Shown: positions 26,662-35,885 of the stretch, one piece after another | Layout of the letters: each line of letters begins with the position of its first letter | Numbering within the stretch: the stretch's first letter is position 1 | Origin: Candidatus Saccharimonadales bacterium | Lineage (GTDB): Bacteria; Patescibacteriota; Saccharimonadia; Saccharimonadales; 2-12-FULL-41-12 | Length of the DNA: 64,000 nucleotides | Reading direction: 5' to 3' | Assembly: GCA_041906505.1 (NCBI GenBank) | Contig: JAYRJB010000004.1 | Coordinates: 6,045-70,044 of the forward strand | Notes under the pieces: model-generated | What the model saw: only the letters and a program-made list of their open reading frames with translations | Databases searched by the model: none | Told to the model about the DNA's origin: nothing | Translations under genes and position numbers: made by a program

Positions 26662-27702
26662 CTATTCGTCTCTCTCCGCCAGGCCAACTGCCACCCCAAA
26701 ATGGTTCGACACGGCCATGAGTTCATTTTGTCGCTCCATGCCGTACACAACATTTCTCCAAGAATTACCGATTTCGACATTTACACCGAATTTGTTGGCA
26801 ATATATAGCGGAAATTCTGGCAAGGCCGAGGCCCCGCCGGTCATAACAATCCGATCCAGCTTTGTGCCCTGGTAACGGGTCTGGAAGAACTTAATCGACT
26901 TATCTATATCGCCCATCAAAAGGTCAATGGTACCGATGATCGCGTGATACACTTGGCCCTCTAGCTTGTTCTCGCTCACGCCAAATTTAAAGACAAATTC
27001 TTGCGCCTGTTTTTCGTCGATATTCAGATTTTGTTGGGCCGCTTTGATTATTGCGTCAGAGCCAGTCGGCACCGAGCGCGTCAACCGTGGCGCGCCGTTC
27101 ATAGTTATTACCAAATCGGTACTTTTGCTACCAATGTCGAGCACCATGTGCGGCGTTTGAGCATCTTGTGGCAGCATAGACCGCGTTAGTGCCAAGTTAT
27201 CCGGCTCAAACGCGATGACATTGAGCCCAATCGACTCCAGTAAATCCAGCCGCTTCTCGATAAACTCATTTGGCACGCTGGTCAGCAACACCTCTACCTT
27301 ATTGGCATCGCTCGGCGAGTCACCAATTATAGCCCAGTCTATCTTGGACTCATTAATCGGTGTTGGAATCAGCGAATCAGCTTGGAAACGAATGGTTTTT
27401 GCAAGCTCTGCAGGCGAAATTCGCTCGATATCAACCACGGTCGTAAATACTCGCTGCGAAGGAATGCCAACCGCCACGTTCTTGGTGCTTATTTGGGCAG
27501 CACTCAGCATTTCGCGAATTTTTTCGCCAACTTTTTGCTGATCGGCCTTCGAATCACTCAGAGAAATTTTGCTCTCTATCGGTGTCATGGCATACCGCAG
27601 CAGTTGCTTGTTGCGCGGGTTGTTTGTCAGCTGTACAGCCCGAATCGCCGTACTGCCAATGTCGAGACCAAAGAATTCGGATACCCCACTCAGTAAACTC
27701 AT
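26662..27702 (-). CDS. pilM: type IV pilus assembly protein PilM (actin-like ATPase fold)
   Basis: 346 aa. FGLDIGSTAIRAVQL, VLDIGSKSTDLVI, IVMTGGASALPEF. Confidence 0.88.
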   Translation of the reverse strand: MSLLSGVSEFFGLDIGSTAIRAVQLTNNPRNKQLLRYAMTPIESKISLSDSKADQQKVGEKIREMLSAAQISTKNVAVGIPSQRVFTTVVDIERISPAELAKTIRFQADSLIPTPINESKIDWAIIGDSPSDANKVEVLLTSVPNEFIEKRLDLLESIGLNVIAFEPDNLALTRSMLPQDAQTPHMVLDIGSKSTDLVITMNGAPRLTRSVPTGSDAIIKAAQQNLNIDEKQAQEFVFKFGVSENKLEGQVYHAIIGTIDLLMGDIDKSIKFFQTRYQGTKLDRIVMTGGASALPEFPLYIANKFGVNVEIGNSWRNVVYGMERQNELMAVSNHFGVAVGLAERDE

Positions 27703-27816
27703 TCCGTTATCGTCCTATTCCCTATCTCTTCTTATGTTCGTTTTGATATGTATCATACGCATGTAGCCGTCTTTTTCCGAGTACAAACCCTTTTGGGGTG
27801 CACATCTGTTAATTGC

Positions 27817-27844
27817 AGTATACCACAAGCGTTTTAGATAGTAA
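27817..27844 (-). promoter_or_regulatory. extended -10 promoter candidate upstream of pilM
   Basis: The minus strand reads TTACTA-16 nt-(TGg)TATACT in the 149-nt gap between the 1216-aa gene and pilM. Confidence 0.3.
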
Positions 27845-27851
27845 TTACTTT

Positions 27852-30800
27852 TTACAAGATCGGTGGCAGAGTGGTTATGTATTGATACTCGCCGCTGTTT
27901 GCCGTCGATCGCGGGTTAAACACCGGAGGCGACAGGTACATTTCTGGGCTAAAGTTAAAGATTTCGGCCGCTTTACTGTCAGTGGCGCTCTCTTGCTGCT
28001 TCGAATCTCGCAGCGTGTGGCCCGTGCGGTTTAAGACCAGTCTTTGAGCAATAAACGCCCCGTTGACCCGCAGCTGCTTGTCGTTTCCTTCGGCACCACA
28101 GGCGCTAAACAATTCTGCGCTGCCAGGCGCAACACCAGAGCTGATTGCACAGGTATAAATTGTGCCCTTGCTAGCACCGTTTGGCTGGGCAATATAGAGT
28201 CCATCCAGAGTCGTGACCGTATTGGAAATATAGATATTACCCTTTACCACCAGCGTAAAGTTGGGTATCTCATTGGCATTGTTATATTGGTTTTTGTAGG
28301 TAATGTCGCTGGCGATAAACACATCGCCATTAACGTACATGGTGTGGCGCTTGCCGTAGCCCGTTGCACCGCCCAGTGTCGCCGAGCCTCTGGGGCCAGG
28401 ATTCACCAAAGATTGGCCTTCATCAGCAATTCGTGTGTCATCAATGCCAAGTGGTAGTCCATCAGTATTAATGATCGTTTTCCAATTAGTGACGTTATCT
28501 GACTTTTTGGCATTATCTGGATACTGCGTCTCGGTGTAATAATCTGGTACACACCAGCCATCGCCACTCATATTACCGCCAAGCTCTGGGGCATAACCAA
28601 GACTTGAAACAGTCGGCGGGTCGGTATTGGCAAATGTCAAGCCTCTCGGTTGGTTGGGTTGATCTGTTCTTAGTGTCGCACTCGGGAAACCGTTTATTGC
28701 GCCCAGCGCCATGGCGGCTAACTGTACGCCAGAACCACTCTTGGTCCCCAGCTCGCCAATTGGCCGAGTGTAGGTTTTAATAAACGTATTCTTTATATTA
28801 GGACAATTTGTCGCAAAACCACCCCCCGCAGATACATCCGCCCCGTAAACCCTCACGTAGGGTTTGTTGGACACTTGAGCACAGCTTTCTTTTTCAGTTG
28901 AGCCGCCACCGGGACCGGGATCTGGAATAGTTTGGAACAGTCCTGCCCAGCCCTTGGCGGGCGACACCACTATCTTGCCGCAATATCTATCACCCAAAGT
29001 TGGGGTGTTTGTCGGCCCACTCATGGTGCCACTAAAGTCACCGATTGTTTCAAGGCTGCTTTGAGTAGGCACAAGCAGGCCGCCATTTTTTGTTAGGGTG
29101 CGTACTGCATTTGCTCGAATCGGCCAGCCACTGTTTTTTGCGCTGTAGTCAAACTTGGCTTGGGTTGGGCTTTCTTCGTCTGGATCCAGCGAAACAGCTG
29201 CAGTCGGTGTAATATCAAACCGCTTGAAGGTATCAACATTCACGCCGGCTCCACCGTTACATGAGGGTCCCAGGCCAAAGATATTGTAGTAATCCGGGTA
29301 CATACTAAGGTTATACCTCTGCACAGTATCTGGTGCAGTAAGTGAAAATTCTAATATCTGGGTGGTTTCTCCTCTATCTAAGCGCGTATCGCTATTATCT
29401 AAATCTTGTAACCATTTGTGGGTCAAATGCCATCCCGACCCAGGCTGAGTTGTCAAAGAAAGTTGGCCAAAACCGCCCCAAGTTGTATATGGCAAGTCGG
29501 CGTCTCCAGTATTGGTAACTGTGGTTCTTACAGTAAACGGCTTGCCAGCCTCAACACCAACTCCACCAATTGTGTTGACTATTTGCATCGTGCAAGTTGC
29601 AACAAAACACTGAAGTCCCAAGTTTGCAGTGCTTTCCGTGCTCACTTGATATTCCCATGCAGGACCACCAGACACACGTGACCACTTCTCTACTACCATG
29701 ATTCTGTCTTTATATGTCGGGTCTGGGTAATCTACGGTCACGGTTTTTGCTTCATCAGTATAGTTTCGGTAGGTTGAATTATATGCAGTATTTATCGGTG
29801 TTTGCAGCGTATGGTCCGCACCAGGAATGCTTTTCCAATAGTTTCCAGTAGTAAAGCCGGGGTTTGATTGTGAAGGCGTAAAGGCTCCGACAGTCGGAGT
29901 CGTTGGTCCTCCAAAGTTATTATGATTTTTATTACCCCTCATAACGGTAAATCTGTAGGTTGAATTTGGCGAAAGAATTCGAACGCTTTGTTCGCATCTG
30001 TTCGTGCCGGTACACCCATTTACTGTAAAAGTCCTTACTACTGTCGTGTCATTCGAGCTATTCGGGTTTCCGTTTTGGTCAATGTTCACAATTGTCAACC
30101 GAAACTCTCTAGTCGGAGAGTTTTCTAAAAGCTGGCTTAGGTTGACCGGTTTTACCATAAAATCATGTCCAGGAGGATAGCCCTTTGTTTCAGAAATTCC
30201 ATAGTATTTAGTTGCAAGCCCATTGCCGCTCGGAACTGGATTAAAGTTATTCCAATTACCACTCGTGGTTTTGTATTGCAACCTCACATCTACTTTATTG
30301 CCAGTTTTGTCGGGGTCAATAGCCCAACCCTTTATATAAGTGCACTTTACTTCAGTAATCTCGCCTACGGGCTTTTGGTCACATTTAAATTGATCGAGTT
30401 GGGTAAACTCACTAAAAGGAAGCCACATCTGAACCCCGTTGCCTTTCGACACATCGTTCCACGCCCATGTACTACGTTCTCCCCTTTTAAAACTTACTTG
30501 CTCTTGACGGTATTGATCATTGTCCCCCATCGCATCCCCTACAAAAATTGCGGTGTCAGCAGGAGAGGAATAAATAAAACCCATCTGCTTATTCATAACT
30601 GGATCGTTTCTGATATATTGATTCCTTGCATTGGGACCATTATCGGCATCAAACCACCTCAAATAAACACTCTGATTGGCCGGTGACTCGCAGTCAGTTT
30701 TAAACTGAAAATCATAACCAGCATACTGCTGGGTGGCTGGGCCAGCGATAAGTGCTGAGGGACTTGCGCCCGGAGTACTGTAATCAATTGTATCTCCATT

Positions 30801-31502
30801 TAGCTTGGTCGTAAGTTGGTCGTACGGCCCTTTGCGCGTCCCATTCCCAAAACCATTGTAGTTGTCAGAGTTTCCACCGAACGCAGCACTTAATAATGAC
30901 GTATCTACCTCCCTTTGAGTAACATATCCCGGCGTGATGGAATAAGTGTATAGCCTCACATTGTTAAGCCCACTATTCACCTGCAAATAGAGATCAAAAT
31001 AGCGAACATTACTGGGGTACCGCGGATCGCTCCTCAACTGCGACTTTGGTACCGTTCTCGTTTGGCTTCCACCACAATTCGCACTTGTAAAGTTTCTCCT
31101 ATTGCCAGAGTTTCCGCCATTGATTATAGAAAATCCCGAAGACCCAGGAGTGCATCCCGCAAAAAATATTTGAATTTGAACATTTTGTGCGTAATCAACA
31201 GCATCACCGTTATTGACATCAATCAGATTAGACTGCGGGTATCCCCCCGGTCCGTCAAAAAAATAGAAAAAACGGATGGTTGATTGTGGCGACTCCAGGT
31301 GGCTGCCTGGATTGGTCGGACTGGGATCATAGTTTGATAAGGCTGTATAAAGTTCTTGGCTGCCGTTGTTAAGACTTCGAGGAAAATAATTAGTAATTGG
31401 ACTTGCGCCTGCTTTATTCCCCACCACCAAAAAAATAGCTGAACACAGCAAAAAACATAAGATTGTTAGTAATTTACGATTCCGCAAAAATACCGCGTTC
31501 AA
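27852..31502 (-). CDS. giant secreted protein of unknown family at the head of the pilus cluster
   Basis: 1216-aa uninterrupted ORF. TTG start overlaps the upstream stop (GATTGAAC). Signal peptide LLTILCFLLCSAIFLVVGNKAGA. Asn/Gly/Thr/Pro-rich with no motif I recognise. The C-terminal part (VNGDVFIASDITY...VVKGNIYISNTVTTLDGLYIAQ...LRVNGAFIAQRLVLNRT) looks beta-helix-like. Confidence 0.75.
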   Translation of the reverse strand: MNAVFLRNRKLLTILCFLLCSAIFLVVGNKAGASPITNYFPRSLNNGSQELYTALSNYDPSPTNPGSHLESPQSTIRFFYFFDGPGGYPQSNLIDVNNGDAVDYAQNVQIQIFFAGCTPGSSGFSIINGGNSGNRRNFTSANCGGSQTRTVPKSQLRSDPRYPSNVRYFDLYLQVNSGLNNVRLYTYSITPGYVTQREVDTSLLSAAFGGNSDNYNGFGNGTRKGPYDQLTTKLNGDTIDYSTPGASPSALIAGPATQQYAGYDFQFKTDCESPANQSVYLRWFDADNGPNARNQYIRNDPVMNKQMGFIYSSPADTAIFVGDAMGDNDQYRQEQVSFKRGERSTWAWNDVSKGNGVQMWLPFSEFTQLDQFKCDQKPVGEITEVKCTYIKGWAIDPDKTGNKVDVRLQYKTTSGNWNNFNPVPSGNGLATKYYGISETKGYPPGHDFMVKPVNLSQLLENSPTREFRLTIVNIDQNGNPNSSNDTTVVRTFTVNGCTGTNRCEQSVRILSPNSTYRFTVMRGNKNHNNFGGPTTPTVGAFTPSQSNPGFTTGNYWKSIPGADHTLQTPINTAYNSTYRNYTDEAKTVTVDYPDPTYKDRIMVVEKWSRVSGGPAWEYQVSTESTANLGLQCFVATCTMQIVNTIGGVGVEAGKPFTVRTTVTNTGDADLPYTTWGGFGQLSLTTQPGSGWHLTHKWLQDLDNSDTRLDRGETTQILEFSLTAPDTVQRYNLSMYPDYYNIFGLGPSCNGGAGVNVDTFKRFDITPTAAVSLDPDEESPTQAKFDYSAKNSGWPIRANAVRTLTKNGGLLVPTQSSLETIGDFSGTMSGPTNTPTLGDRYCGKIVVSPAKGWAGLFQTIPDPGPGGGSTEKESCAQVSNKPYVRVYGADVSAGGGFATNCPNIKNTFIKTYTRPIGELGTKSGSGVQLAAMALGAINGFPSATLRTDQPNQPRGLTFANTDPPTVSSLGYAPELGGNMSGDGWCVPDYYTETQYPDNAKKSDNVTNWKTIINTDGLPLGIDDTRIADEGQSLVNPGPRGSATLGGATGYGKRHTMYVNGDVFIASDITYKNQYNNANEIPNFTLVVKGNIYISNTVTTLDGLYIAQPNGASKGTIYTCAISSGVAPGSAELFSACGAEGNDKQLRVNGAFIAQRLVLNRTGHTLRDSKQQESATDSKAAEIFNFSPEMYLSPPVFNPRSTANSGEYQYITTLPPIL

Positions 31503-31954
31503 TCGATTATTCCTCCTGCATTATTGACTAAAAACTTTTTCTTTAGATTGTTGGCTGACTCCACCTTCTCGCGGTTATTTTGTGATTGATAAATTGCAAT
31601 CGCTTTATCCATCCACAGACTACCTTCTGTTTTATTTCCACTAGCAAAATAGTAGCTCGCTATTTGTGTTGCGGTGTCCGCTTGCTGATTCTTGTCCTTA
31701 AGCATGTCGAACTTTTCCTTTGCTTTATTTATTGCCAGCTCATAGTTGTCAGCCTCAGCAGCCAATGCCCCTTCGTCACTGAGTTTTGCAACCCTGTCGA
31801 CATTTTGCCCATCATTGTCTTTTTGTTTCATAAAAAAAACCAACAAAAGAGCGACAACAGCCACTAATATAATTACAGACAAAAGGAAGATCGCTCTGTT
31901 TTTGTTTAGTCTTATTGCTTTGAATTTCATTACTGATTTAAGTAAGAATAACAA
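31499..31954 (-). CDS. membrane-anchored helical (TPR-like) protein
   Basis: 151 aa. TM helix AIFLLSVIILVAVVALLLVFF, then a helical repeat region (YELAINKAKEKF..., ATQIASYYFASGNKTEGSLWMDKAIAIYQ). Stop overlaps the start of the 1216-aa gene. Confidence 0.55.
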   Translation of the reverse strand: MLFLLKSVMKFKAIRLNKNRAIFLLSVIILVAVVALLLVFFMKQKDNDGQNVDRVAKLSDEGALAAEADNYELAINKAKEKFDMLKDKNQQADTATQIASYYFASGNKTEGSLWMDKAIAIYQSQNNREKVESANNLKKKFLVNNAGGIID

Positions 31955-32076
31955 ATACCCATACTACTCATGGTTACACTATAAACCAATGTCAACTATT
32001 GATCAAAGCTATCGTGAGGGTGTTTGTCTTTTATCAAACACTGAGGTGTTTTGTTTGTTTCAGTTAAAAAGTAATC

Positions 32077-32889
32077 CTATTTACTGCAGGGTATAAAGTC
32101 GTAGGTTCCAGATGTTGCTGTCCAGGTCTGTTTTTTGCCGCCATTAGATTTTAATGGCTCAGCGGTTGTATACTTCATCTGCACAATCTCATTTCGTAAC
32201 TCGCAGTTCGATTTGGTTCTATAGAGTGGAAGTGTAGTTGAGGCGCTAAAGTTGTTCTTACTTGAAAGAGGTAACTCGCCGATTGGAGTGTTTCTCACCA
32301 TCCTTGATCTTTCAGATGCCTTGCTTACCGCCCAAACTTTTACTGTCAAATCACCGAGCGCTTCACAGTACGGATTGGCTTGAAAATCTTCCGATTCCGC
32401 CCAAATTTTTACGTTGGTTTTCTGTTTGTTCGCAAACCAGATTTTTCTGTGCTGTTGGCTAGTTTGTAGAGCAATGCGCTGCCCACAATCGATATAAACA
32501 TCCTCGGGCACGCCATTATCAAAATAGCCCTCTGGAAACTTGCTCAAATCAAAGCTCGAAAGTAGTGGGCGTTTTTTGGTAGTTGCCGGCTTAGTATTTG
32601 CCCCGGCAAGGTTAATACCAGTTTGAGGCATAGTTACCTTTGTAGCGACTTCTCTTGCGTGGGCTGGCTCTGTTCCGAGGGGTCCCTCTGATCGCTGGGC
32701 CATTGCTGCACCACCACTAAGTGCCAAGGTGGCACCGACAACTGCACCGGCTCGCCGGGCAACGTTGTGCGCAGCACTAAACCGTTCGTGCTGCTGAGTT
32801 GCGAGTTGTGGTTCAAAGGTTTGAGGTTCATTAAAATAAGCAACTGGTGGTTGCTCGAGTAGTTGCATTGCTGGATCTTGTTCTGGCAT
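32077..32889 (-). CDS. hypothetical protein
   Basis: 270-aa ORF. One hydrophobic stretch (AGAVVGATLALSGGAAMA) and a Cys-containing C-terminal domain. No recognisable family. AT-rich flanks. Confidence 0.5.
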   Translation of the reverse strand: MPEQDPAMQLLEQPPVAYFNEPQTFEPQLATQQHERFSAAHNVARRAGAVVGATLALSGGAAMAQRSEGPLGTEPAHAREVATKVTMPQTGINLAGANTKPATTKKRPLLSSFDLSKFPEGYFDNGVPEDVYIDCGQRIALQTSQQHRKIWFANKQKTNVKIWAESEDFQANPYCEALGDLTVKVWAVSKASERSRMVRNTPIGELPLSSKNNFSASTTLPLYRTKSNCELRNEIVQMKYTTAEPLKSNGGKKQTWTATSGTYDFIPCSK

Positions 32890-33037
32890 TTTCTTATGCT
32901 CCCTAAATAACTTATGTTATTCACTAAACATAGTTATACCAAATAAATCGACCTCTGTAAATTGCTTATGCTAATAAACTATCCACAGCACCCATATACT
33001 TCTTCACCCCCAAACCCAAAGCTACGAGCGAAAAAAA

Positions 33038-33298
33038 TTAACCATATAGCTGGCTGTGGGTTCCGATCAAAGCAAATAATATGACCTCTTCGCCTTGGTT
33101 TATATAAAGAGCTCGCAAGTCGCCGCTTACATTCATGCTCCAATAACCCTTGTATTTTCCTTTAAGAGGATGAACTCTGAGTTCTGGGCTCATTGGATTA
33201 TCAATAAACAACTTTAGGCGTTCATCAAACCTCTCTTGGAGTTTTGTGGGTAACTTTTGATACTGTTTTTTAAACTTCGGTAAATAACGAATGGTCAT
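33038..33298 (-). CDS. type II toxin, RelE/YafQ family mRNA interferase
   Basis: 86 aa. FKKQYQKLP..., HPLKGKYKGYWSMNVSGDLRALY...VILFALIGTHSQLY. Confidence 0.8.
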   Translation of the reverse strand: MTIRYLPKFKKQYQKLPTKLQERFDERLKLFIDNPMSPELRVHPLKGKYKGYWSMNVSGDLRALYINQGEEVILFALIGTHSQLYG

Positions 33299-33307
33299 TT
33301 GAGGTGT

Positions 33308-33577
33308 TTATTTCTTTAAGTCTGCCAAAAAATCCTCGGCGTTTTCAAAGGGTTTACTGACCTTACCTAAAGCCAGTTCACTTTCGACCTCTTCTATAAG
33401 CTTTTCCAGGTGCGGAGTCATCTGTTCTGGAGCAAAAAGCTCGATTCTGCGTGTCGCAACAACTTGTCGCAAGTACGCATTTACAAGACTACTCAAGGTT
33501 AAACCTGCACTTTTTGCTACTTCTCGTGCTTCTTCCTTTATTTCATTATCTACTTTGACGCTAATTACTGTTTTCAT
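33308..33577 (-). CDS. type II antitoxin, RelB/DinJ family (RHH)
   Basis: 89 aa. MKTVISVKVDNEIKEEAREVAKSAGLTLSSLVNAYLRQVV. Lies 9 nt upstream of the toxin gene. Confidence 0.75.
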   Translation of the reverse strand: MKTVISVKVDNEIKEEAREVAKSAGLTLSSLVNAYLRQVVATRRIELFAPEQMTPHLEKLIEEVESELALGKVSKPFENAEDFLADLKK

Positions 33578-33714
33578 ACTACAAAGTATATACTATGTAT
33601 TACTATAGTTCAAACTGCCTTTTCTGCACATAATGGAGCAAAAATATCATATGCCCATTTTTATTTGTTAATTGATAGAAATATGCATACATCGGCTTTT
33701 AGTCTTGCCCTAAA

Positions 33715-33744
33715 GTTACTCTAAAGGTATACTTATAGAGTAAC
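33715..33744. promoter_or_regulatory. inverted repeat (operator candidate) in the divergent relB / phd-like promoter region
   Basis: GTTACTCTA-N12-TAGAGTAAC, ending 17 nt upstream of the ATG at 33762. Confidence 0.4.
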
Positions 33745-33761
33745 TTGATGAGGATAACACT

Positions 33762-33977
33762 ATGACAATTATCGGATTAAAGGAATTAAGACAAAATGCG
33801 ACTGAAATCGCCGAACGTGCCCAAAAGGGCGAAAGTTTTATGGTTGTAAAGCGCTCTAAGCCCGTCTTTACCATTTCCCCACCAGAAGAGTCTCTTGATT
33901 TGACGGCCACAAAAGCGTGGGTAGATAGCTATATTAAAGAAAATAAAACCCTACTAAAATCACTTTCTAAAAAATGA
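33762..33977 (+). CDS. Phd/YefM-family antitoxin-like protein (no cognate toxin adjacent)
   Basis: 71 aa. MTIIGLKELRQNATEIAERAQKGESFMVVKRSKPVFTISPP. ATGA overlap with the ychF start. Confidence 0.7.
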   Translation: MTIIGLKELRQNATEIAERAQKGESFMVVKRSKPVFTISPPEESLDLTATKAWVDSYIKENKTLLKSLSKK

Positions 33978-35053
33978 GTCTTTCGATCGCCATTGTGGGG
34001 CTACCGAACGTCGGTAAGTCTACCCTCTTTAACGCGTTGACCAATAACAATATCCTGGCCGCAAACTATCCTTTTGCCACGATCGAGCCAAATACTGGCG
34101 TCGTACCAATTCCCGACGATCGACTTTTTGCGCTCCAAAAAATCTATAATGCCCAAAAAGTTGTACCGGCAACTGTTACCTTTGTTGACGTTGCGGGCTT
34201 GGTCGCCGGTGCCAGCCAGGGCGAGGGTTTGGGTAATCAGTTTTTAAGCCACATCCGAACTACGAATGCAATTTGCCAAGTCGTACGCGCCTTTAAAGAT
34301 GACGATGTGGTCCATGTAGAAAACCAAACAAACCCGCTAAAAGATATCGAGGTGGTCAATACTGAACTGGTGTTGGCCGATCTTCAGACCGCCGAAAAGC
34401 GATTACCAAAACTAGAAAAAGAGGCCCGCGCCAACCCAAAACTGCGCGCTCACGCCGACCATCTGCAAAAAATCCGTCGCAGTCTCGACCAAGGCATTCC
34501 TCTGTCAAAAAATCCACAGTTACTCGACGACGAACTGATCGCTGACTTGCAGCTTCTCACCGCAAAACCAGTGATGTATTTGTTTAATGTCGACGAGGAG
34601 ACGCTTGTTGATCAAGATCGCCAAGCAGAATTATCAAAACTGGTAGCCCCCAACCAGGCCTTGTTTGTCTGCGCAAAATTAGAAAACGAACTAAAAGATT
34701 TAACCGAGTCTGACCGGCATGAATTGCTCGAGAGTTATGGGGTGCAAAGATCCGGCCTCGACCAAGTTGTTCATTCGGCCTACGGCATTTTGGGACTGCA
34801 AAGCTATCTGACTGCGGGAGAAAAAGAAGTGCGGGCTTGGACCATACCAAAAGGAGCTACCGCACCGCAAGCTGCGGGAGTAATTCATAGCGATTTTGAA
34901 CGAGGGTTTATCTCGGCTCAAATTGTGAACTATGGTGATCTTGTGGCGGCTGGGTCTGAAACAGCTGCCAAAGCAGCAGGCAATGTCCGCACCGAAGGAA
35001 AAACCTACGTTATGCAACCAAACGATGTTGTCGAGTTTCGTTTTAACACGTAG
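33974..35053 (+). CDS. ychF: ribosome-binding ATPase YchF
   Basis: IAIVGLPNVGKSTLFNALT, DVAGLVAGAS, and a C-terminal TGS-like domain (RAWTIPKGATAPQAAGVIHSDFERGFI). Confidence 0.92.
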   Translation: MSLSIAIVGLPNVGKSTLFNALTNNNILAANYPFATIEPNTGVVPIPDDRLFALQKIYNAQKVVPATVTFVDVAGLVAGASQGEGLGNQFLSHIRTTNAICQVVRAFKDDDVVHVENQTNPLKDIEVVNTELVLADLQTAEKRLPKLEKEARANPKLRAHADHLQKIRRSLDQGIPLSKNPQLLDDELIADLQLLTAKPVMYLFNVDEETLVDQDRQAELSKLVAPNQALFVCAKLENELKDLTESDRHELLESYGVQRSGLDQVVHSAYGILGLQSYLTAGEKEVRAWTIPKGATAPQAAGVIHSDFERGFISAQIVNYGDLVAAGSETAAKAAGNVRTEGKTYVMQPNDVVEFRFNT

Positions 35054-35092
35054 ATGCTTCTTTTTGGTTTTTACGGTGTGGCAAAGATTTAC

Positions 35093-35122
35093 TTGACATT
35101 CTCAAGTATTTTTCGCTACACT
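35093..35122 (+). promoter_or_regulatory. sigma70-like promoter for the ABC transporter operon
   Basis: TTGACA-18 nt-TACACT. The -10 element ends 10 nt before the ATG at 35133, implying a very short leader. Confidence 0.45.
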
Positions 35123-35132
35123 CTTTAGATAA

Positions 35133-35885
35133 ATGTCCGCGCTCAAAGTAAATAAACTTGCCAAAACCTACCCCTCGGGAACCAAAGCCCTCAAAGGCAT
35201 TGATCTTGATATTGCTGATGGGTCGTTTTTTGGCCTGCTTGGACCAAACGGTGCCGGAAAATCGACGCTGATTCACTGTATTATGGGACTTGCCCTTCCC
35301 ACCTCGGGCAAAGCTGAGGTTTTTGGACACGACGTGGTAAAAGACTATCGACAAGCCCGTGCCACCGTTGGCCTGGCCCCGCAAGAGATTAACTTGGATT
35401 GGTTTTTGACCGTCGAAGAAACACTCGACTACCACGGCGGCTACTATGGTATGCCCAAAAAGCAACGCCGTGAGCGAATAGAGGAGCTGCTCGAGGCTTT
35501 TTCTTTGACCGATAAACGCAAGGTAAATAGCCGAATGCTGTCAGGTGGTATGAAGCGACGGGTTATTTTGGCACGGGCCATGATGCACCGTCCAAAAATG
35601 CTTATCCTGGACGAGCCAACCGCTGGTGTCGACGTCGAGCTTCGACTAGAGCTGTGGCAATACATGAAAAAGGTCAACAAAGAAGGCACCACCATACTTT
35701 TGACCACACACTACATTGAAGAGGCTGAACAACTGTGTGATAATTTGGCGCTTATCAACAATGGTAAAATCATCAAAACTGGAACCAGCGACGACCTAAA
35801 AAAGGCCTACAAAAAGAAAACCCTCGAAGATGTGTACTTGCACCTTATTGGCCGCGACGAACTGACGAGGAGTATTGAGACATGA
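35133..35885 (+). CDS. ABC transporter ATP-binding protein (ABC-2/DrrA-like)
   Basis: Walker A GPNGAGKST, signature LSGGMKRR, Walker B LILDEPTAGVD. Confidence 0.9.
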   Translation: MSALKVNKLAKTYPSGTKALKGIDLDIADGSFFGLLGPNGAGKSTLIHCIMGLALPTSGKAEVFGHDVVKDYRQARATVGLAPQEINLDWFLTVEETLDYHGGYYGMPKKQRRERIEELLEAFSLTDKRKVNSRMLSGGMKRRVILARAMMHRPKMLILDEPTAGVDVELRLELWQYMKKVNKEGTTILLTTHYIEEAEQLCDNLALINNGKIIKTGTSDDLKKAYKKKTLEDVYLHLIGRDELTRSIET

